Below, piece by piece: positions 1 to 16,307 of a stretch of DNA of 64,000 nucleotides. The notes below the pieces were generated by a model. The model was not told where the DNA came from and did not search any database. It was given only the letters and a program-made list of their open reading frames with translations. The stretch spans positions 363,382,001 to 363,446,000 of the forward strand of contig OZ024743.1 in NCBI GenBank assembly GCA_964016885.1, in the 5' to 3' direction. Within the stretch, counting starts at the first letter, position 1. Each line of letters begins with the position of its first letter. Source of the DNA: Eledone cirrhosa. Its lineage: Eukaryota. The translations under genes were made by a program, and so were the position numbers.

Positions 1-197
1 GGTGAAATAAAATGACACCTTTTGTGTAAAGTACATAGCATGATAGGTTTTCAACGGGGCAATCATTGGTTCACTGCATTTCTGTGAGTGAGAGTGACAA
101 AGGAACGTCTGGCAATTCGGGCAGGATAAATAACACAAAGTGATTTTGTTTGATGCACCGATCTCTAGACTATTTTCCTTGTCGATGTGTCTTGCTG

Positions 198-233
<36 letters not shown>

Positions 234-1960
234 ACTGATTGACTGGGTGTACACATGTCACGTAGAGAGGACTACTCAATACTGATAGAAGTTAAATGTG
301 TCTTCTTTACTTAAGAATGATTTCTACTTCAGGCACAAGGTCAGTAATTTCAGGGGAGGGGAAAGTTGATTATATCGAACCCAGTACTTGACTGATGCTT
401 TATTATATTGACCTAGGAAGGATGAAGAAGCGGGTAACGATGTAATGCAATGCATTTCATCCAACGCTTTAGCGATTCTGCCGACCTAGTGCGCATAATG
501 TTATTTAAGTTTCATATAAACCCCAAAATAAAACTATCAAGAGGTTTAAACACACGCTGGTATCCATTCTTCAAAAAGGATCCAATATAGCAGCTCTCAT
601 GTGATTCAAGGTGATAATATCGTGTATTGGTGAAATGAGCCATATTATTCGTATTATGGCCCTTAGATCTGTAATAGATATATGTAAAGGCCTATCTAAT
701 TTAACGTATCATTCAATCATTTCACGATAATAGCATTAGAAAAATATTCTAGTTTCGTTGACTTTAATACCAAATGGCAGATTTAATGAGTTGGCATTAA
801 GGCCAACGAAACTCGAATGTTTGCTTAATGTCATTGTTGTGAACAAATGTACATAACTTGTTCCACGGAGTGCCCACTCTAACTGCTTGAATATGTTATA
901 CCAAATTTTTACTACAATATTTCGATTTTAGCCATTAATGTTCATTGAGCTTTTTATGGTATCAGATGGAGTTAATTTATTTCGATTTATATTTTGTGAT
1001 GTCTGCTATTCCCTTAATTAGTTAATTTAGATTGAGTTATAGTTTTTGAAGCATTTGGTGAGCCATTTTTAGCTTTCCTCTGAACCTCCAACCTTTTAAC
1101 GCTGATACAACCGGCTACTTTTTAAAGCAAAAAGCACATTTTAAAAATTAATATATGTGCGTTTTTGGCTGTAAAATCAGTCGTCTTCTTGGCGCCGATA
1201 CCAACACAAATCAATTTACTTAAATTATCTTGTATAGGTTGAATATATTTTTTGTAAAACAATGCTTACTGATGAAGTTGATTTGCTGATTAACCATTTA
1301 AATTATGGTAATTAGTATTTTTTTCTTTCTTATCAGAAACTGCGATCTAAGCATTTATAATTGAATTTACCAATATAATTGTTTATACTTTTAGCACAAG
1401 ACCAGCAATTAACCAGTACATTACTGGTACTTTATTTTATCGACCCCATAAGGATGAAAGGCAAAGTTAACCTCGACGGGATTTGAACTCAGACCGTAAA
1501 GGAACGTAACTCTGCTAGAAAGCATGGTGTCCAACCCTCTACTGATACTGCCAATTAACCAATATAATGAATGAAGATTTGCGTTTGTCTTTGAATGCAT
1601 TTTTGCTTACTATACTTTGCTTCACAATTTATATTTTATACCCAAATATACATTTTGTAAATGTTCTCAAAATTTGAATTTTACCCCTTAATGTTCATTG
1701 ATATTGTTATATGATTGAAATAATTTATTTCTATCCATATTTTGTGATATATTTCTCAACCTGATTAGTTCTATCGTTACTTTGGTATGTATTGTGTGTT
1801 AGTTTAGCCTACCACAATGTTCGATTTGTCAAGCTATTTAAACGTATATTATTACTCTAAGGCCCTATCTTATCGAGTGCTTTGCTAACTCATCATTTCA
1901 TATAAGTAGGCCGAATTTACTTGCAAACCGCCAGAGATTCGATTTTACTGATTTCCAATA

Positions 1961-3020
<1,060 letters not shown>

Positions 3021-3072
3021 ACGTTATAAAATATCAGCTATGTTCAGCAGAAAAAGAAACACTCGCTCACAT

Positions 3073-3173
<101 letters not shown>

Positions 3174-3176
3174 TTT

Positions 3177-3400
3177 ATGAAAAATATGCAGATACTCCAC
3201 CCTGACTATACCTTCAGATTTATACCTGTGATTATTGGGGCACTGGGATATGTTAGTAACTACCTCAATACAAATCTTGAGAAGCTGGGCTTCACAGAAA
3301 CAGAAAGAACACAACTAGTTAGGAAATTACAAGTACAATCCATTAATGGAACAGTAAAAATATGTAAAACATTCCAAAAAATTCTGCATCTAATAACTGC
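3177..3400 (+). mobile_element. C-terminal fragment of an R4/NeSL-like REL non-LTR element
   Basis: FIPVIIGALGYV...L.KLGF...KLQ...GTVKI. Confidence 0.5.
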
Positions 3401-3636
3401 ATATACACATGTACAGATACAAAGCATATGCACATGCACTCATACAGCTCAAAACATCCACATCCACACATTCAATAACATCCATACCTGCACACACAAG
3501 CATGCAGTCATGCATACATATCTACCTAGTTGATGTTGTGTAAATTCCAATGAGTCTTGTAACTATGTCAGAAACCGACTCTCTCTCTCTCTCTCTCTCT
3601 CTTGGCAAACATTTGTGAAATTTTAAAACCAGAAGA

Positions 3637-3670
<34 letters not shown>

Positions 3671-3867
3671 TCACACACACACATATATGTATACAAGTGT
3701 GTGTGTTCATGCATATGATCCCTTAGTATAACGGAAAGTTGAAACACTAATAATTTTTATTATATAAATAAGTAATCTTAACTATAATAAAGGAAGGTCT
3801 GCGGGATTGCGTCCAGAATATATTTTTTTACCCCGTTTGTAAAATAAGTTGGATTACTTTGAATAAA

Positions 3868-4130
3868 TAATTGTTTCTACGTTAGGCACAAGGCCAGCAA
3901 TAAGCCAGTGTATTACTGGTACTTTATTTTATCCACCCCGTAAGGATGAAAGACAAAGTTAACCTCGGCGGGATTTGAACTCAGAATGGCAAGGGCCGTA
4001 ACTCTATGCGCCAAAGCATGGCATCCGACACTCTACGAATACTGCCAATCCACCGCCTACTTACTTTGAATAAATAATTGTTTCTACTTTAGGCACAAGG
4101 CCAGCAATTACTCAGTGCATTACTGGTACT
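3868..4130 (-). mobile_element. tRNA-derived SINE family A: full copy plus truncated copy
   Basis: Minus strand GGCGGTGGATTGGCAG (A box)...GAGTTCAAATCC (B box)...GTTAACTTTGCCTTTCATCCTTACGGGG..GATAAAATAAAGTACCAG core. Other copies: ~325-470, 1377-1560, 4552-4742, 5280-5420, 7025-7062, 14113-14280, 28088-28270. Confidence 0.88.
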
Positions 4131-4834
4131 TTGAATAAATAATGAATGAATATTACATAATTTATGTGCTAAATTCCGTGGCTGTTGATTAAATATATTT
4201 TATAGCTTATTTAAAGATCTTTAAAATTCAATTCTTTAAAATTATCAAATGTCAACACTCCCGGTTAGCGGCCGTTATATTATAACACTTATAATCGCAT
4301 ATATTTCCGTCGCTAATTTTCTCCTAATGCAGTTTATATATAATGTCGTCTTTTTTTGTAATATATCATGGATTACTGATTACAGAAGACAGTGTAACAT
4401 AGGCTTTGTTCAATTTCTGTGTATATTGTCAATTACGATTTTATTTGATCTATCATATTTACATGCATATATATTTGTGTATAATATCAATATACACACC
4501 ACATGCTAGCAGAAAACCACCCGTAGGGTGGTTTTCTGCTAGTTACAATAATAATTGTTTCTACTTTAGGCACAAGGCCAGCAATTTTTCCTGTGCATTA
4601 CTGGTGCTTTATTTAACTGACCCCGTAAGGATGAAAGGCAAAGTTAACCTCGGTGGATTTGAACTCAGACCACAAAGGGCCGTAACTCTATGCTAAAAAG
4701 CATGGTGTCCGACCCTCTACCGATACTGCCAATCCACCGCCCGTTAATTTTTCAGACCCGGGAGAATATGAAATATAAAAAGTTTTGATGCCCCATTCAG
4801 TCTGGATATATATAGAGGAGTCAAGAATATAGAG

Positions 4835-5175
4835 ACAGCATGGCCGAATGGTGAAGGAAATCGATTCTCAATCATTATGTCACGGGTTCGATGCCACTGC
4901 GTGGGATTTTAGGCAAGTATAATTTTTCATAATCTCGGCTCAACCCATGTTTGTAAGGGAAATTGGATGGACAGAAATAGTTTGGAAGCCCACCAGATGG
5001 ATTGTATCTGTACGTCGAAGGACTAGCCTTGTCACACACCGAGTCACGCTGAATCTCCATCTGAATTGCTTTAAAGATACACGTGTCTGTGGAATGTTCA
5101 ATCACTTACACGTTAACTTCAAGATCAGGCTTTTCCGTTGATCGAACAACTGAAACATTGATTGTCGAAACAGAT
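4835..5175 (+). mobile_element. tRNA-derived SINE family B (older; copies ~28555-28760, 35355-35580, 42025-42170, 50735-50880)
   Basis: agcatggccgaatggt.aag (A box), ggttcgat.ccactg (B box), ..ggcaagt.. and agccttgtcaca shared among copies. Confidence 0.7.
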
Positions 5176-5566
5176 TAAGGTTTCATCGCATCAAGCATTG
5201 CTAAAACAAAATGTTTAACTTATTAGATAAATGTACATTGCCTTCATGTAACCAGTCACGCTATTGTTCCTTCTACCACTAGGCGGTGAATTGGCAGTAC
5301 CATTAGAATATTGGATAGTATGCTTTGGGGAATTCGTTCCGGCTCTCTGTGCATTAAGTTTAAATCATGCTGAGCTCAATTTTGTTTTTCATCATTTCCA
5401 GATAAAGTACCAGTCTAGTACAGGGATTGATTATCTCTCTTTGACAGAAACTTGGTGTGTCCAAACCTGGATATGTATGAGCTCCGTTAGGTTTTAAAAT
5501 GCCAAGATCTGACGTATGTCATGACGGTACCCCTACCATTCCTTCAGAACTTCATAGACCATGGAT

Positions 5567-5618
<52 letters not shown>

Positions 5619-5635
5619 GAGGAGGAGGAGGGGGG

Positions 5636-5671
<36 letters not shown>

Positions 5672-5719
5672 GAGTAGGAGTAGTAGTAGTAGGAGTAGTA
5701 GTAGTAGTAGTAGTAGTAG

Positions 5720-5785
<66 letters not shown>

Positions 5786-5808
5786 TAGTGGTGCTGGTGG
5801 TGGTGGTT
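5567..5808. repeat. Compound (AGT)n/(AGG)n/(AGC)n microsatellite
   Basis: Seen directly. Confidence 0.95.
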
Positions 5809-6126
5809 TGGCGCGGTGATGTGTAGCATATATTACGAATGGTAACATTTAAGTAACATAGGTGGGTAACAGATGTCATCAACATCAGAAATTAGGTTGG
5901 AAGAAGATATTATGGCTGAGTAATGGCATTTGAAAGTTTAAAATGTAGACTTCAGTTCGAATCATTTTCATTATCATCTGTCATCGACTTGTGTAACCTT
6001 TCAATGCTGGCATCTCTATATCACGCCATTTACATTATTCGCGAAGACATTACTTACACACGTGCGTTTACACACACACGCATACAAACCCATGCTCACA
6101 TATACCTGCATATTCGTGTGTGCGCG

Positions 6127-6157
<31 letters not shown>

Positions 6158-7396
6158 TCTTATGATGGCCCAACTAGGGCCGAAAATGGTATTTATCATT
6201 TTTTTTCAATTTACAGGGAAATATATATATCTGGCTTGTTTACATGTCTATATATTAAACATGTGTATCCACATTTATGCAGTCTCAGTTACCTATCTTC
6301 TGTACATATACAAATATAACTTCATATATATATATATGTGTGTGTGTGTATGCGTTCGTGTGTGTGTGAGTGTGTGTGTGGGGGGGGGGGGGGCAGTAAT
6401 TTAAACTTTTGTTCTCATGTTAGTAAAGTAGGCCAATGTAGCCACATATGCTGACCTCTGCGCAACACGTTGCTTATTTTCTTTTGTTTCAAAATCTGGC
6501 GTCACCCGGTCTGGAGAAGGGAGTCATTTGTAGTTTATCAGAAATTTACTAGCTTCTATACACATTCTGCTCTTGTCTTTCAATGGAGGCATCACACGGG
6601 AGTTGCTCTAGCAAGTTGAGCGATGTAGCACTTAACCAAACACTCTGGTCCTCGCGACAAGGGCCTGGCAGCAAGTCTTCTATTGGCACTTCAACAACTC
6701 TCAGCCCACTTCCTTTTGGCCTATACAACACAGCCTGGAATATATAACGGTTTACCACTATATCAGCTAGTCCCGCACTGTCGACTACAACTTGAAACTT
6801 TTCTTTTATGGGGAAAAAAAACCATGGTAAACAAAAGGTTTGTGCACTACACCGAAACTTTGCTGAACACTAAATTCATTTGTGAACACTATAATAAAAC
6901 ATAACATATAGATAGAGTGAAAAACATAATGGGATTGATGAGTTAATATCTGTATACAACAACTACAACGGTACGCGATGGGGCCCACCCACATCTCCGG
7001 CGGACAGACCTTATATTTACGATTCGAGTTCAAATCCCGCCGAGGCTAACTTTGCCTTTCATATATATATAAATCGACATATAAAGAGAAGTACACGTAG
7101 AGATATGTGTTTAATCATAGGGGATCATATCTCTATGTGTATTTCTCTTTATATGTTGATTTATAAAGAGCTCGGAATCTATTCCTTGAGCTAATTAAAT
7201 TATAGGGGATTAATGTGAGTTTTTAACTCTATTTTTTATAATTTGATATGTATATATATATCAAAGCAAGCATGGTGTTTTGAAAATGATGAGCGAAGTT
7301 TGAAATTGAATTAGAAATAGAAGCATTCGTCGCTGACAAAAGAAAATTAGCCTAGTGGTGAGGTTTTAAACCCTCTAAATGGAAAACAAGGAGTAT

Positions 7397-7465
<69 letters not shown>

Positions 7466-10391
7466 TGGTTGCCAAGTGAAAATCGTTTGAGGTCACTATT
7501 GTTCAATTTAGATCACGTGATACAGTTAATGTTTAAGAAGCAACCATTTTTCTTCTTTGTTGTTCCATGTGAGAGAATATACAGTGTAGTAAGGCCAACT
7601 GGTCTACCGTTCGAGGGTGTTCATAATTCACCGAAAACAGATGGGTGTGTATCAATATAGTGCCGCTGTTAGTATGTTGTATGGCTTTTGGCAATGGTAG
7701 TTAACACATGGAGATTAAGCAAGTAAAAGCTATTTTCCCTCCATGTATTTGTATATTGGCCAAATAAAGTTAAGGTGGTCTTATCGGGGTATTTTCGCGA
7801 ACAATGGTTTGAAGTTACTCGATAGATCATTTCATTGGTGGCAACAAAACTATATATCGATTCTCTTGTTGATAGGTACTACAGGCTGTTACAAAATTTG
7901 CAATTTCTCGCAGAGGCAGAATCGGCAGTTCCGAGCTCTAAGGATGTTACTTGTGATGATAAGGGGGTAGGGGGTCGCATGCGCCTTTCCTTGGTCTAGG
8001 AATCACCTGATGAAATGGGCCTGGATGGTATAGTTTTCCCTATCCCTGTACTGGAAGGACTGCATGTACTGTGTAAATTTTCCTTGACGCCATTGTCTAT
8101 TAGTCCCGTATAGTTTCCCATGGCACCATCTGATGGTGTGAAGGGGGCTCTATAGACCGCATGCTTTATCTCTTCAGGTGACAGATAGATTTCGGTAGTT
8201 GCAAGATGCTGTTTGGGACGAGTCTGTATAGGTGCATGTTTTTTTTTTGGTGGTGGTGGTGGTGGGGGGGGTCTCTGTAGCGTACGATATTGGGCGCAAT
8301 ATTATCCAGACAGCGTTGCTAATATCAACCGTTATGGGTATTACAGCTGTCAAATCAGGGAAAATCGCTTCTAACTATATTTATAGAAACATCTAAATTG
8401 AATAGGGGCATTAACTCAAATTACATTTCTCTTCTTAACCCTTTCGGTGTTGATAGTGGAGTTGGATATTTTACGTGTACATTAAATTCTCGCTTGATCC
8501 AATGCAAAATTTCAACTTTCTATGTGCAATTTAAGGATATTTACTATTATATGAAAAATTGTGTAAAGTTTTCAGTGTTGGAAATGGGAAGTGAAGCACG
8601 GTAAAGATGATGACAGGAAGAAAGGTGGACAGATTCGGTACACAGATTATTAGTTAAGATTAAGATTGAACTCCGCCAGGACAGTAGAGAACAAAATGAA
8701 ATATTTTACTGTAACATATTCCCTCTTTCATTGTCTGAGAGCCACAGCAACCAGGATCAGTGTTGGCTTTCCCCATTCCTATTACAAATGGCCCAAGGAA
8801 TCTCCCCTGTATAAAGAATATATACTTCACTAGGCACTAGTATACTTGATACAGTGATACCATCATAAATCCTTTATTCAATTAAAATTATAACCGTAAT
8901 GAAGAGCAACATTATCGTTACTAACGTTTAGAAAGCAAGAGAATCAACTACAAAATTCAAATTGCTTAAATATTGAATGGAGCGTACAGTGCGGAGTGAT
9001 ATGATCGAACAGACAGTTAGCTGAATTTCCAATTGTCTAAGTTGTCAGTGAATGATGCTTTAGACAGCTTCTTGCATCTAGTAACCACGAAGACCAGGAT
9101 ATGAAGAAAAAACAAACACTCTGAAGTGGAAACAAATAATATGAAATTTCCAGAGTAAAATTATTTTCCTCTGATCTAATATCTACACATAAAAAGATAA
9201 CTAAGCCATTTTTCTGTTGCAGAGAAATTTTGAAAATCAGACCAAGACGGCTTTCGGGCCCTGTGGGGTGGTGGATTTCTCAAGCGATGACACTCTTCCA
9301 GCATCATCGGAGTCAATATTGTTTTACTGCATATTCACGGGGGAAAGGGCAGCTCCTAGGACCTTGTTAGAAGCCTTCGGTGCGGTTAGGGTGGAAGATG
9401 GTGTTCTCAAACCAGAAACCTGCTCTGAATGCTTACAACAGAGTGAAGTCCACTAAAAGGAACCAGGGCGTTGTGTTAAACCGAGTGGCTGAAGAAGTCT
9501 ACCACCAAAGAAGACTACAGCAGAATTTGAACTCAGATTGCAAAGAACTGAAACAAATACCGCAAAAACATCCGATTCGTCGTACTAAAAGTTCCATTAA
9601 TCCACCGTCCTGGACTAGTACTTCATTTTATTGGCCCCGAAAGGATGACAAACAAATCTATTCTCAGCTGGATTTCAATAAGACATGAGACAATACACAG
9701 TAAGGTACTGTGTCCTGCGCTCAAATGACTCCCAATTCGATGCCTTGAAAATCTAATAGGTATAATTATTAGTCAAGTATATTTGTTGGGGCACCGCCTT
9801 CGGGGGATTTAGTCGATCATTTCGACTCCACTATTTATTTTATAAGTCAGCTTTCGGTGGAAAAGTTGAAGTATCTTGGGGGCGTGTTCACGAGTGATGG
9901 GAAGCAAAAGGCTGAATTAAGTGCACGAATTGCAAAGGCTGGTGCAGTAAAGCGCTAACTATAGCATTCAGACATCAGAAAAAGGGAGGTAAGTGTAAAA
10001 ACCAAACTCGCTATCAATTCGGTATTCGTGCGAAGTCTTACCTATGGTCATGAATCTTGAGTGATTTTGATTTTCAATAAAATTTAGCATGGCAATTGTT
10101 TTAGATTTTTTTTATTGTTTTAATAAATATTCTTGATGACACTGGTTTTTATTATCCTTTTATACAGATTATTGCCCAATCTTGTACTCGAAGAAGGTGA
10201 ATGAAACCAAGTTTTCGATGTTTTGATTATCTGAGTAAAATACTTTCGAAGTATCTGATTTCGAAGAAATGTTTTCAAAGATAAGTCCGTAAATCGGTTA
10301 CAGCGAGATTAGGCGGCGTGACCAGTAGTTTTTGTAGTAGGTGACCACCGCTTAAGATTTCCTTGAAGAATAATCCGCCCAGGTTACAAAG

Positions 10392-10443
<52 letters not shown>

Positions 10444-10697
10444 ATAGAACAATGAAAACAAGATCGAAGTCAGAAGTAAGTTGGTAATTATTTCATTATT
10501 TTACGATCGTTTCAGAGAGTCGATTGGGCTTTCTGAAGAAGACTGTCGATCGAACAGAATTTTCGAGACTAAAATAGGTAGTAACGTAACCACTACATTG
10601 CTAGTCGATCTTCCACGATCAATGGACCCTCTGAAATGATCGTAAAACAATGAACTAATTAACTACCTATCACTGACTTCTGTCTTGTTTCATTAAG

Positions 10698-11066
10698 AAG
10701 TATCGGTAGAGGCTCGGGCCTCATGCTTTGACGCATAGACTTATGGCTCTTACCATTCTGAGTTCAAATCCCGCCGAGGTTAACTTTGCCTTTCATCCTT
10801 ACGGGGTCGATAAAATAAAGTACCAGTAACACACTGGCTAATTGCTGGCCTTGTGCCAAAAAGTAGAAACAATTATTCTAGGTGAACTAGCAGTATCGGT
10901 AGAGGGTCGGGCGCGATGCTTTCTAGCATAGTTACGTCCCTTTACGGTTAGAGTTCAAATCCCGTCGAGGTTAACTTTGCCTTTCATCCTTACGGGGTCG
11001 ATAAAATAAAGTACCAGTAATGTACTGAGTAATTGCTGGCCTTGTGCCAAAAGTAGAAACAGTTAT
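10698..11066 (+). mobile_element. SINE family A tandem pair
   Basis: Two consecutive copies, each ending agaaaca.ttattcta. Confidence 0.88.
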
Positions 11067-11569
11067 TCTATAAACAAACACACACACACACACAACCACA
11101 CATATGTGTCTATATATATATATATATATATTTATATATTATAATATTATTGTTATTCTCTCACGAATACATTTAGGTATCCATCTCTGGGTAATGCTGG
11201 CCTTGTGCCAAAAGTAGAAACAATTATTAATATTCGGTTTGTTTACAAGTAAACAGCCTCATAAAACACCACGTGGTAGATGACAACGCCATCCTTTTGT
11301 TCCAGCGGTAACTGAGAGAAAACAGTCAACAATATTGTTTCGGAGTGACTTGCTCCTTATCCAGATTGTGTATTCTCCTGTCTACCATCCTCTGGAACTG
11401 CTGAGAATACATAGTATTCTCATATATACATCGGCAGATAAGCCTCACTTATTAGCCTCATACCGAGTGATTTTATGGCCGGCTTTGCTGTAATTTAAAA
11501 GCAAATTTGTTTTCGTTCTTAACGTAGTTTATACCTAAGTGTATTCATGAGTGAATAACAATAATATTA

Positions 11570-13830
11570 TAAGTTTCTTCTTCGCCCACTTATTCCGGGG
11601 AGGGTCGTAAGGGCTGAGTCCTCAAACACTCCTTCCAGCGGGTCCTGTAGAAGCAACCATCGCCAACTGATCCGGCTGGACCCCCAAGCATGACCCAAGC
11701 TCATGGATGTTATCCAATGATCTTTCTCGGGGTCTACTCCTGGGTCATCTACCAGTGGGTTTTGCCCGAAAATCTGTCCAGCGATTCTTTCCAGAGACAT
11801 CATAACCACATGCCCATAGTTTCGGACCAGTGATCTCTCAATTCGGAGAAGTAGCGGCTCTACCTGGAGTGACTCTATGATCTTCGAGCTACGCACTTTA
11901 TCGAGTAACGTTACTCCAAAACCCTTCAGAGGAATCCCATGTCGGCCGCTTGAATTCGCGATCGTATTCTTTCCGTCATTACCCAAGGTAAGGGCACCTA
12001 ATCCAAATTGAAGACAGTGAGTTTGGTTTTTACGCCTACCTCCCTTCTGATTACTGAATGCTGAAGCTGGCGCATTACTGCAATTCTTGCAATTAATTCA
12101 GCCTCCTGCCTTCCATAACACGTGAACATGGCCCGGAGTTAATTGAACTTATCTACCTGCTTCAGTGGAACTCCATTCACATGTAGTGTGCACTGCGCAG
12201 ACTTCCTTGAGAGGACGTATGACTCAGTATTCGCAGCACTGATTTTCATTCCAACCATGCATCACTTGGCATCAAACCCTATCAAGTGCAAGTCGAAAAT
12301 CACCTTCTGTCAAGTTAAGTAACACCATGCCGTCTGCAAATTTCAGTCAACTGATTTTTCACCCGCCAATCATGACACCACTTCCAACCCAGCTGTACAT
12401 GTCAATCCTGTTCATGTAAATAATAAACAGGAGAGGTGACAGTACGCACTCTTGGTGGAGTCCGACCCCCACGTTGAATGGTTTCGATTTAACACCATTT
12501 ATCCGAACACAAATATTTGGGCATTCATATAGGTACATCAGGGCAGCAAAGAGCTGACCATCGATCTCGTACTCCTGCACACCTTTACACAGCAGACCCG
12601 ATGAACGCGGTCATATGTTTTCTCAAGGTCGACAAAACAAGAATATACTTCTTGGCAATACTCCCACGATTTCTCGAATACCTGCTGCAGTGTGAATATT
12701 TGGACGGCTGTGCTGCGTCCGGACGAACAACACATTGTCCATCAGTTAGCTTGGACATGACACTCTCCCTGCATCTCTTTGCCAGACACTTAGCATAGAC
12801 TTTACCGGGGAGGCTAAACAAGGAGATCCCTCTGTAATTGGAAAATCTCTCTTTGAAAATATTGGGATTATCATTCCCGATTGTCATTGCTTAGGTGCCC
12901 TTCTAGAAATCCAAGCCACCCGGCACACACGAGTCAACCAGAAAATACTTTCTCTATTTAACATCCCAAGCCGGATTCCATCTTCCCCAGCGGCCTTGCA
13001 ACTGCTTTTGTGACCTAAGCTTCCGAGATGAACCTCGTCTACATCAGATGTTGTTGTGATCAAGTTTAGATCACCAAAGTATTCTCTCCCCCTCGCGAGG
13101 ATTCACCTATTTGAAGAGAGGAGAACCTTTGACACGTTCTTGATAGCATGTGTGGAGGAGGGCTTCTTATTACAAAGTTGGCGGATGGTCTGCCAGAATA
13201 CTTTATTTGCTGATCTGAAGACGGATTCCAACTTAACCCCAAAGTCCTCCTATGCCTTAACTTTGGACGCTTCTACTGCCTCTGCTGCGATTCTTCGTGC
13301 TTACTTGTACCACAAGTGCAAGAAAGTTGACTTATTTCCAAGGTTGGCATCTTTGACCTCTTGATCGAACCAAGAGTTCCTCCTGCTTTCCGGAACCATA
13401 CCAAACCTCTTTCATCCGCAGCATTTAACAGCTGAACCAGAAACTGCTGAGCTGAACAATCTCCACTGTCTCAACGTCCTCAGTTTGCTCAGGTAGTTCT
13501 CTGAATTTGGATGCAATAATATCTGCATGCCTGGTCCTGACATCCTTATCCACCAATACTTCCCACTTTAACCTGTAGGTCGACCTGGATCTGCCAGTTT
13601 TGTGGGCTTCCTTGGCTTTAGGTAGGCTCAAGTTGCAGATAACGAGATGGTGATCAGTTGACAGCTCACCCCTTCTGTTAACACGAACATCCAACACAGA
13701 ATCAAAGAGATCAAAGACAAGAACAAAATCAGTTATTGATGTCTTTCCCTGATTATACCATTTATATTTATGGATGTCTCTGTACTGGATGAAGGTGTCC
13801 TTAATAGAGAGTCAATTGATAGCACAGAAA
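11570..13830 (-). mobile_element. Second RTE-clade LINE family, decayed (APE C-terminus + RT)
   Basis: STDHHLV, NYRGISLFSLPGKVY, FVDLEK.YD, GLHQECVLSPLLF; (GAA)n tail at ~11575. Confidence 0.88.
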
Positions 13831-14277
13831 TTGAATTTCCAAAATGAGAAGGTTAAGACATTTTATTTTTCTTCCACTTGATAATACATAGAAGAAAGCT
13901 AGAAATGTTGAAAAACCTTGCTCAAACTCCATTACTAATATACAGATGTGCTTATATATTAGAATATAAACATTGACTCGAGGAATTCGGTATTAAACAT
14001 TAATTCCATTTAATGGTGTCCCATCGGATTTCATGAAATATGCAAAAGTAAGTTATGTCAGAAAAACCACTTCCATGTATCACAACAATATCATATCTGA
14101 AAATGTATTGTTAGGGTCGGACGCCATGCTTTGACGCATAGAGTTACGGCTCTTGCCATTCTGAATTCAAATCCCGCCGAGGTTAACTTTGCCTTTCATC
14201 CTTACGGGGTCGATAAAATAAAGTACCAGTAATGCACTGGGTATTTGCTGGTCTTGTGCCAAAAAAGTAGAAACAGT

Positions 14278-14389
<112 letters not shown>

Positions 14390-14448
14390 AAATGTGTGAG
14401 ACCCTTGGCATATTTAAAAAAATGTGTGAGACCCTTGGCATATTTTAA

Positions 14449-14822
14449 AAAAGGAAAAGAATGACTTCACTTATAGTTGGTATTCTATAACAATTTGATT
14501 TTATAATTTTACAATTTTATAATTTTATAATTTTGCTATGTAGATTTACTAAGTACTTTGTTAATTTCGGTAAAAAGTTTTTTATTTTAAATCCTGGTTA
14601 ACTTTCTATATAAACCAACACATTACAACTTTAGATCAGTTTGACAATCACCATAGACTAATGCGAGAAAGTTCTCCACAAAGTTAACCAGGATTTTAAA
14701 AAAAACTTTCCACCGGAGTTAACAGAGTACTTAGATCTACATAGAAAAATTATAAAATTATAAAATTATGAGATTAAAATGTTATAGAATACCAACTATA
14801 AGTAAAGTCATTCTTTTCTTTT
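14449..14822. repeat. AT-rich fold-back (imperfect ~150-bp arms)
   Basis: aaaagaatgacttcacttatagttggtattctataac... versus ...gttatagaataccaactataagtaaagtcattctttt; related end at ~23033. Confidence 0.75.
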
Positions 14823-14861
14823 CCCCCATATGTTTATATATGTATATATATATATATATAT

Positions 14862-14892
<31 letters not shown>

Positions 14893-15019
14893 TAAATATT
14901 TATTATTATTACAGGTTAACGTTTAAGCAAAGAATCGCTGCTTTCATCCAATTCCGGAATAGCGTGAAGGCAGCGATTCTTTGCCTAAACTTTAATCTGT
15001 ACTACTGCTACTAATAACA

Positions 15020-15393
15020 AATTGTTTCTACTTGAGGCACAAGGCCAGCAATTATCCAGTGCATTACTAGTACTTTATTTTATCGACCCTGTAAGGATGA
15101 AAAGCAAAGTAAACCTCGGCGGGATTTGAACTCAGACCGTAAAGGGACGTAACTATGCTGGAAAGCATGGCGTCCGATTCTCTACCGATACTGCCAATCC
15201 ACCGCCCTTACTAATAATAATTATTTCTACGTTAGGCACAAGGCCAGCAAATACCCAGTGCATTACTGGTACTTTATTTTATCGACCCCGTAAGGATGAA
15301 AGGCAAAGTCAACCTCGGCGGGATTTGAACTCAGATCGTAAAGGGACGTAACTATGCTGGAAAGCATGGCGTCCGACCCTCTACCGATACTGC
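15020..15393 (-). mobile_element. SINE family A tandem pair
   Basis: Two copies separated by ctaataataa. Confidence 0.88.
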
Positions 15394-15839
15394 ATAATAA
15401 TGATAATATAATATATATATATACAAATATATATATATATATATCTAGGGCGGGTAAAATTCCCGAGATCCATGGACGAGTTCTCTCCAGCGGTCTCTGT
15501 CCCTCATTATCGCTGCCATGTCCTGCATCTCCAAGAGACCAGTGTCTGTCCGTAGGGCATCAACATATGTTAACCTCGGTCTTCCTCTTCCAGTGTGTCC
15601 AGTATATACGAAGATGCCAAGCTGTAGATCTAAACCCTAAACCACTTGATTGCGAATCGAATCCCTAACCACACAGTTATGCCAGCGCCTGTGGCTGAAA
15701 TAAGTTTCCTTGTTTCGGTATGTACGAGAATCAACTCGGTATATATTTCAATATTGTTAATGAAATAGATTTCACCATAATCTTCAAAAACAGCAGCTGC
15801 GGTCCAAGGGAAAGTACAACTAATTGGACTATTGACTTA

Positions 15840-16043
15840 GAGTTGTTTCCCTTGATAGCGTACGCCATTTTGTAGCTGGTTTACTGTTTATATGATCTTG
15901 CTTCCGATGCACTGATAAACTTTATCAGTTAACTTTGTTTAAAGCAACAAAGGTCATATTTATCAGGCGGTTCCGTAGACGAGACTTTAATCTTTGATAT
16001 AATTTTGTTATTTTATATCTATGTCCCGCACAAACAGGTATGT
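15840..16043 (+). promoter_or_regulatory. Candidate promoter / non-coding first exon of TMEM220
   Basis: Non-repetitive island with YY1-like CGCCATTTTG (~15863) and strong donor CAG|gtatgt at 16037/16038. The link to TMEM220 is inferred only. Confidence 0.3.
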
Positions 16044-16272
16044 ACAATCACTAATACTCTTTAATTTTTATTTAATATAATTTACATGTACACATATAAA
16101 TAGACCGTAATATTTTCACGATATATCTCTATTTTCAATTTGCTCAACAATAAAGGGGACATTTGATAAAAATTTATAAATTAACGAATTTAAGTCCACG
16201 AATGAGATAGAAAGAAAAAGAAAATGAAAAGAAATAATCCTTACAAGGGAAATAACCACTGTTGTAATTACA

Positions 16273-16307
<35 letters not shown>

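Noticed and set aside
1-190. Unique-looking sequence as an exon or enhancer of a neighbouring gene
   Set aside because: No supportable ORF or splice structure within the window.
1269-1300. Isolated CTGATGA motifs (also ~8007 and ~59058) as hammerheads
   Set aside because: No correctly placed stem II plus GAAA, or stem I pairing.
6450-8350. Possible ancient retroelement fragments on the minus strand
   Set aside because: Only weak motif hints (LYRPKGSGL); too decayed to call without an alignment.
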